The notes below the pieces were generated by a model. The model did no database searches and was not told where the DNA came from. It saw only the letters and a program-made list of their open reading frames with translations. The position numbers were made by a program, and so were the translations under genes. Shown in pieces: positions 59,632 to 64,000 of a DNA stretch of 64,000 bases; the stretch's first letter is position 1, and each line of letters starts with the position of its first letter. The stretch spans positions 5,600 through 69,599 of the forward strand of contig CANFUJ010000001.1 of the NCBI GenBank assembly GCA_947450165.1, in the 5' to 3' direction. Source of the DNA: Chitinophagaceae bacterium (GTDB taxonomy: Bacteria; Bacteroidota; Bacteroidia; Chitinophagales; Chitinophagaceae).

Positions 59632-61155
59632 ATGAGTTTATATTTTTCACTTCACAAAAGAGGAGGAGTTAATCATTCAAAAAACTCCGAGATTCCTATA
59701 AGGTTAAACTACTATTATAAAGGTCATAAAATAGGGTTCTCAACCGATGTCTCTGTTAAACAAAAGGATTGGAATGAGGGTGATTCTAATAATCCCGTCA
59801 AAACAACTGATGAAAACCATGTATCTAAAAACAGTACTTTAAGAGGATTAAAAAGAGATGTAGAGAAAGAGATAGATTTAATTCGTGTCGGTGAAAAAGA
59901 ACCCTTAACCAAAACGGTTAAAGATAGATTTTCAAATAGGAAATTAAGAGAAGTAAAAGAGGTTAATTACGAATATCCGGTAGTTGAGGTTTTTCGGAAA
60001 TACTTAAAGGATGTTATTGAAAATAGTACCAATCAATTTTCAATTAATCATGTACGTTCATATAGAAGTACATCTAAACACATATTTACTATTCTGAAAA
60101 ATATATTTGATGATAGGTTGTATTTTGACCAGATAGATGGGGATGTAATGAATGAATTCATCAGTTATGGGATAAGAAAAAAACTATCTAATTCCACAAT
60201 TCAAAAATTCATCGGACACTTCAGAACATTTTTTAACTGGAGTAAAGAAAAGGGGTATCATAATAATGTATCAGTAAAATTTTATAGTAAGAAAATAAAA
60301 GATGATTTATCTGAAAAAGATGTTGTTTACCTGTATAGAAACGAAGTGAAAAAATTATTTGAATTGGATGAAATTAACTATTCTAATCCTGAACATAAAA
60401 AACATAGTACTGAATACTTAGTTGATTTTCTTAAAGACAATGAAAAAAGAATTTATACCAATCTTGAATTTTGTCGTGATTTACTTTTGTTTGAATGTGG
60501 GTTAGGAACTCGTTATGGTGATACAATAAAACTAAAGGTGGAACACTTTGATTTTACTCGGAAAGAGTTCAAAATATATATGGAAAAAACCAATAGAACT
60601 GTTCGTGTTCCCATTAATGAAATGACCGATAAAATTTTTAGAAAGTACTCAAAGGATAAAACTAAAGATGATTATATTTTCCCAAAGACACTAAATGGGA
60701 ATTTTTATCCAAATCAAAAATTCAATAATCACATTAAGTTAATTGGAGAATTGTGTAATCTCAATAGATTGATTCATCGTCCATTGAGAAGTGGAAAAAA
60801 CATCATTGGAGATACGGATAAATCAAAACGACTATATGAAGTAATATCATCCCATGTAGGAAGAAGAACTTTTATAAAGGAAGGGATTATCAATAAAATT
60901 GAACCTTATGTGATAATGTCTATGGTTGGACATAGGTCTTTAAGAGTTTTTGAAAGATACTTCAGTATGAATGATGAGGACAGAAAAGTTTCATCTACAT
61001 TGTTTGGTTTTGTATCAGAAAACCCTAAGGTCCAAACATCTCAAAATATCGATGTTAGAAATAGATTAATAGAAATTAAAAGTCTCTTTGATGAAGGATT
61101 GATTGATGAGGATGTTTATAAAGAAAAGGAGAAAGAGATTTTGAAACTATTATAG
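59632..61155 (+). CDS. Tyrosine integrase with C-terminal SHOCT-like tail; no alanine
   Basis: RDLLLFECGLGTRYGD, MEKT, SSHVGRRTF, VGH, FERY; tail RLIEIKSLFDEGLIDEDVYKEKEKEIL. Confidence 0.92.
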   Translation: MSLYFSLHKRGGVNHSKNSEIPIRLNYYYKGHKIGFSTDVSVKQKDWNEGDSNNPVKTTDENHVSKNSTLRGLKRDVEKEIDLIRVGEKEPLTKTVKDRFSNRKLREVKEVNYEYPVVEVFRKYLKDVIENSTNQFSINHVRSYRSTSKHIFTILKNIFDDRLYFDQIDGDVMNEFISYGIRKKLSNSTIQKFIGHFRTFFNWSKEKGYHNNVSVKFYSKKIKDDLSEKDVVYLYRNEVKKLFELDEINYSNPEHKKHSTEYLVDFLKDNEKRIYTNLEFCRDLLLFECGLGTRYGDTIKLKVEHFDFTRKEFKIYMEKTNRTVRVPINEMTDKIFRKYSKDKTKDDYIFPKTLNGNFYPNQKFNNHIKLIGELCNLNRLIHRPLRSGKNIIGDTDKSKRLYEVISSHVGRRTFIKEGIINKIEPYVIMSMVGHRSLRVFERYFSMNDEDRKVSSTLFGFVSENPKVQTSQNIDVRNRLIEIKSLFDEGLIDEDVYKEKEKEILKLL

Positions 61156-61253
61156 TTTACTAATTACAAAATGAGTTTTTTATCAATGTTTTCAATTAAA
61201 TTATTATTTTTAAATTGTAATAAAATTTCGAATTTATTTCTATTGAATCACCA

Positions 61254-61748
61254 ATGTTAAAAAAGTCTTTATTTATGAAATATATAATTATCTTTTTTTT
61301 AATTGTTTCTCCAATTATAACTTTTGGTCAATTGAAATATGTCGATTTGGTTTTTATATATAAATCAAATACCGAAAATTGTGACATTTACCTTTCAAAG
61401 AAAAAATTTCAATTTTTTAAAAAAGAAGACAATTCTACTACATGGTCAGAAGAAAGAAATGAAATAAATGATAGGGCTGTCAGATTTATTGCCAAATATT
61501 GTCCTGAAAGAAACTGTGGTTTTTGGTACCAAACAGGAAATCAAAGGGAATACAACTCAATAAAAAATGAATTTAAAAGTAATGGATATAAATTAATTTA
61601 TGATCCATCAGACAAGGAGTATGAAAATAAATTTGGGGGAATACAATCAACTTATTCCAATGGAGTTAACAAAGCCCAATTCACCTCATCTTTAAGTGAT
61701 GATAATCGAAACATTTATACAATATCAATGTCTAGTAGAATAAACTAA
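61254..61748 (+). CDS. Secreted hypothetical protein
   Basis: Signal-peptide-like MKYIIIFFLIVSPIITFGQ. Confidence 0.6.
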   Translation: MLKKSLFMKYIIIFFLIVSPIITFGQLKYVDLVFIYKSNTENCDIYLSKKKFQFFKKEDNSTTWSEERNEINDRAVRFIAKYCPERNCGFWYQTGNQREYNSIKNEFKSNGYKLIYDPSDKEYENKFGGIQSTYSNGVNKAQFTSSLSDDNRNIYTISMSSRIN

Positions 61749-61765
61749 TTTATTCAAATAATGTT

Positions 61766-62335
61766 TCACATCAACTCATCAAAACTCTGATAAATATCCT
61801 TAATCTCTTCTTTGGATATTCCTAAATATGTTCTCGTTATTGAGGTTGAACTGTGGTTTAGTATAGAGGAGAGTTTAATCAGATACTCGTCAGAATGACC
61901 ATTGTTTTCCCAAATAAAACGACTTCCACTTTTACGGAGTGAGTGTGTCGAGATATGTTTGTTTTTGATTCTTTCATTTTTCCCACCCTCCTTTAATAGT
62001 AGGTTGGTATGTTGAAGAGTATATCTGAACATAAAACCATCTTTATTAGTAGTTTTTAGTTCATTGAAGGTGTTTTCTATAGATTCTCTCAATGACCTAC
62101 CAATAGTTATTTCCCTCCTTTTATTCGTTTTCTGTTCGTTTAGAACCAAAACATCTTTTCCCAATACATCAACCCATTTGATACGACTTAAATCAGAAAA
62201 ACGGAGTAATGTTTTCACACCGAACTCAATCAATAAACTCATTGAATAGTTTTTCTCTTTACGGAAGTAACGAGATAATCTCAATATCTCATCAGTAGTT
62301 AAATAATCAGAGGTTTTGTAGTTTGTTGTTGTCAT
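61766..62335 (-). CDS. Small tyrosine recombinase/resolvase (catalytic domain only); no alanine
   Basis: LLRFSDL, EQKTNKRR, THSLRKS, LNHSS, TRTYLG. Confidence 0.9.
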   Translation of the reverse strand: MTTTNYKTSDYLTTDEILRLSRYFRKEKNYSMSLLIEFGVKTLLRFSDLSRIKWVDVLGKDVLVLNEQKTNKRREITIGRSLRESIENTFNELKTTNKDGFMFRYTLQHTNLLLKEGGKNERIKNKHISTHSLRKSGSRFIWENNGHSDEYLIKLSSILNHSSTSITRTYLGISKEEIKDIYQSFDELM

Positions 62336-62813
62336 TTTAAATTCACTTTTATTTGATACCACGAATGTATCAGGATGTTCATTAGTAGCAAAATATTCTC
62401 ATAAAAGAATATCAAAAAAGTTAAAGAATTTATATCGTGTTGAAAGTCAATGACTCCTGATTTTATATTCGTTATTGATATAAACGAATATTTTCTTTTT
62501 GTAAAAAAAGTTGGTAAAAAGTGTTCGTTTGGGTTTTGAATCTTATATATATAGTTGGAAGTGGTGGTAGAATACTTCTAAAATATAAACTACTAAACTT
62601 TCAGTAAACTCTGATTGGATCGTGTAAAGTAAATCCCATCGGTTAACCTCAATCTTTGTAAGTTTCTAGTGATGTTAATACCCCCAGTTGAATTATTAAT
62701 CGTTCGGTCGGTATATGCAATAGGATACATTAATTCAAAATAAACTTACTGAGGGGGTGATAATACCTCTGAAGATTATTAATAAAACCAATACTTATAA
62801 TAAAACAACCACT

Positions 62814-63014
62814 ATGATACAATTTGAAACACTAATCGGAATTGAGGAATTAAGTAAAGAGATAGGGTTAAACAAATACACTATTTACAAGAAAATGAGA
62901 GAGAATAAATTTCCTAAAGGAATTAAAGTAAACGGAAAGAGAATGTTCAAACCTGATATGATATTAAATTATTACAAAGAATTAGGAATATCTGTAAAAC
63001 TCACAAATAATTAA
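62814..63014 (+). CDS. AlpA/excisionase-like HTH protein; no alanine
   Basis: LIGIEELSKEIGLNKYTIYKKMRENKFPKGIKVNGKRMF. Confidence 0.8.
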   Translation: MIQFETLIGIEELSKEIGLNKYTIYKKMRENKFPKGIKVNGKRMFKPDMILNYYKELGISVKLTNN

Positions 63015-63113
63015 ATTGATACAGATTATCAAGGTAATTATGACACACCAGTAATGATAAGTTTGTTATTCTTTTACAATGGTATATTTTAATACAGATT
63101 GGATTTTGACAGA

Positions 63114-63380
63114 CTAATCTTCATCAGAAGTATAGTCCATTATATAATCATCCATTTCAGAATTGTCTTTTTGGATTACACCATTGAAAGCAAGTTCAAG
63201 AGCTTCTTTTGCCATATCCATTCTTCTTTCTCTCAATAGTTCTGATAACATAATCAATCGAGTGAAATAACCCTTTGTTTCTTCAGTAAGTTCATCTGAT
63301 TTCATTCCTTCAAAGAATGATTCAAAAGTTTCATTGAAATTATTTTCAATTCCCCATGTTGTTAGTTTCGGTAGTTTCAT
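63114..63380 (-). CDS. Small acidic hypothetical protein
   Basis: 88-aa ORF overlapping the upstream HTH gene. Confidence 0.5.
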   Translation of the reverse strand: MKLPKLTTWGIENNFNETFESFFEGMKSDELTEETKGYFTRLIMLSELLRERRMDMAKEALELAFNGVIQKDNSEMDDYIMDYTSDED

Positions 63381-63606
63381 TTGTTTCTCCTTCTATTTTA
63401 TATCCTTGTTTTATTAAAAAATTTATAACCTCTTCTTTGGTGTAAAGTTGTTTACTACCTGAGACATTAAACCCATTCAGGTATCCTTTTCTTTTATAGT
63501 AGTAAATCATTTCTCTTGTGATTCCCAAATCGTTGGCTAATCCAGTAGCATCGTAGAGGTTATTTATATCCTCATACTTAACCCGCTTTTCAGTTTCTAC
63601 AATCAT
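63346..63606 (-). CDS. MerR/HTH_17-like DNA-binding protein
   Basis: LYDATGLANDLGITREMIYYYKRKGYL..SKQLYTKEEV. Confidence 0.75.
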   Translation of the reverse strand: MIVETEKRVKYEDINNLYDATGLANDLGITREMIYYYKRKGYLNGFNVSGSKQLYTKEEVINFLIKQGYKIEGETNETTETNNMGN

Positions 63607-64000
63607 TGTATCATTTACAATAAATATTCAGTTTTTGAGAAAAAATTACTTTTCCTCAAAAAGATTACGATTTGTATAGAGTGAAAATTGGGAGGGAAAT
63701 GTGAAGTAGTCCGACAAGTAAATTTGGGACCGGCAAATAATCCGATTACATGAAATTTAGTATGAAGTAGAAATTAAAAAAATTAAATTCCCAATAAGTC
63801 CCATCTATTAAGAAACTCTTTATTTATATCCTTAAATTTTCTCATCGTACTATCATTATGTTTTTGTCCGTTTTTTCCAGGAGTAGATAACCACTTCTTA
63901 TGTCCAGCTGAAATTTGATTTGAAACAACTTTACTCGGTACAATATAATATTCAGGTAGGTTATCTTCTGATATTAGATTTACAAAAACATAAACAATAT

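Larger units (their letters stand above)
59551..64000. mobile_element. GpC-depleted integrative element (right end not established)
   Basis: Integrase, small recombinase and HTH/AlpA-like genes; abrupt loss of the GC dinucleotide just after the tRNA remnant. Confidence 0.8.

Noticed and set aside
59551-64000. GpC loss as a simple consequence of low G+C
   Set aside because: CG, GG and CC remain common in the same stretch, and equally AT-rich genes elsewhere in the window contain Ala and GC.

Overview
AT-rich accessory region of a Bacteroidota genome, inferred from a T9SS gliding-motility C-terminal domain, TAnnTTTG promoter boxes and Bacteroidota-type integrases. No database search was possible: families are assigned from motifs read by eye. 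Left to right: (1) AEP-primase/SF2-helicase fusion, AbiE antitoxin with a toxin stub, and a HipBST-like TA operon. (2) A T9SS Ig-repeat protein. (3) A defence/DNA-metabolism island (about 9-49 kb) with DEDDh exonucleases, two HEPN proteins, two PrimPol + degenerate-exonuclease fusions, AlkB, two SF1-helicase + unknown-protein modules (one behind an Hsp70-TPR gene), a frameshifted nuclease-LRR gene, a TMK + radical SAM pair, a UG/Abi-like reverse transcriptase coupled to a HEPN-like gene, xseAB, MazG/DUF2075/HNH/HIT genes and an LlaJI-like RM system. (4) An HTH block between two copies of a small gene. (5) An integron-like attC cassette array with no intI in the window. (6) Two divergent tyrosine integrases on either side of a degenerate tRNA 3' end. 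The most unusual signal is the right-hand element (59551-64000), which almost lacks the dinucleotide GpC. I found none in about 1.9 kb, against about 25 CpG, and its 509-aa integrase and 198-aa recombinase ORFs contain no alanine. No CRISPR array, rRNA or intact tRNA was seen.
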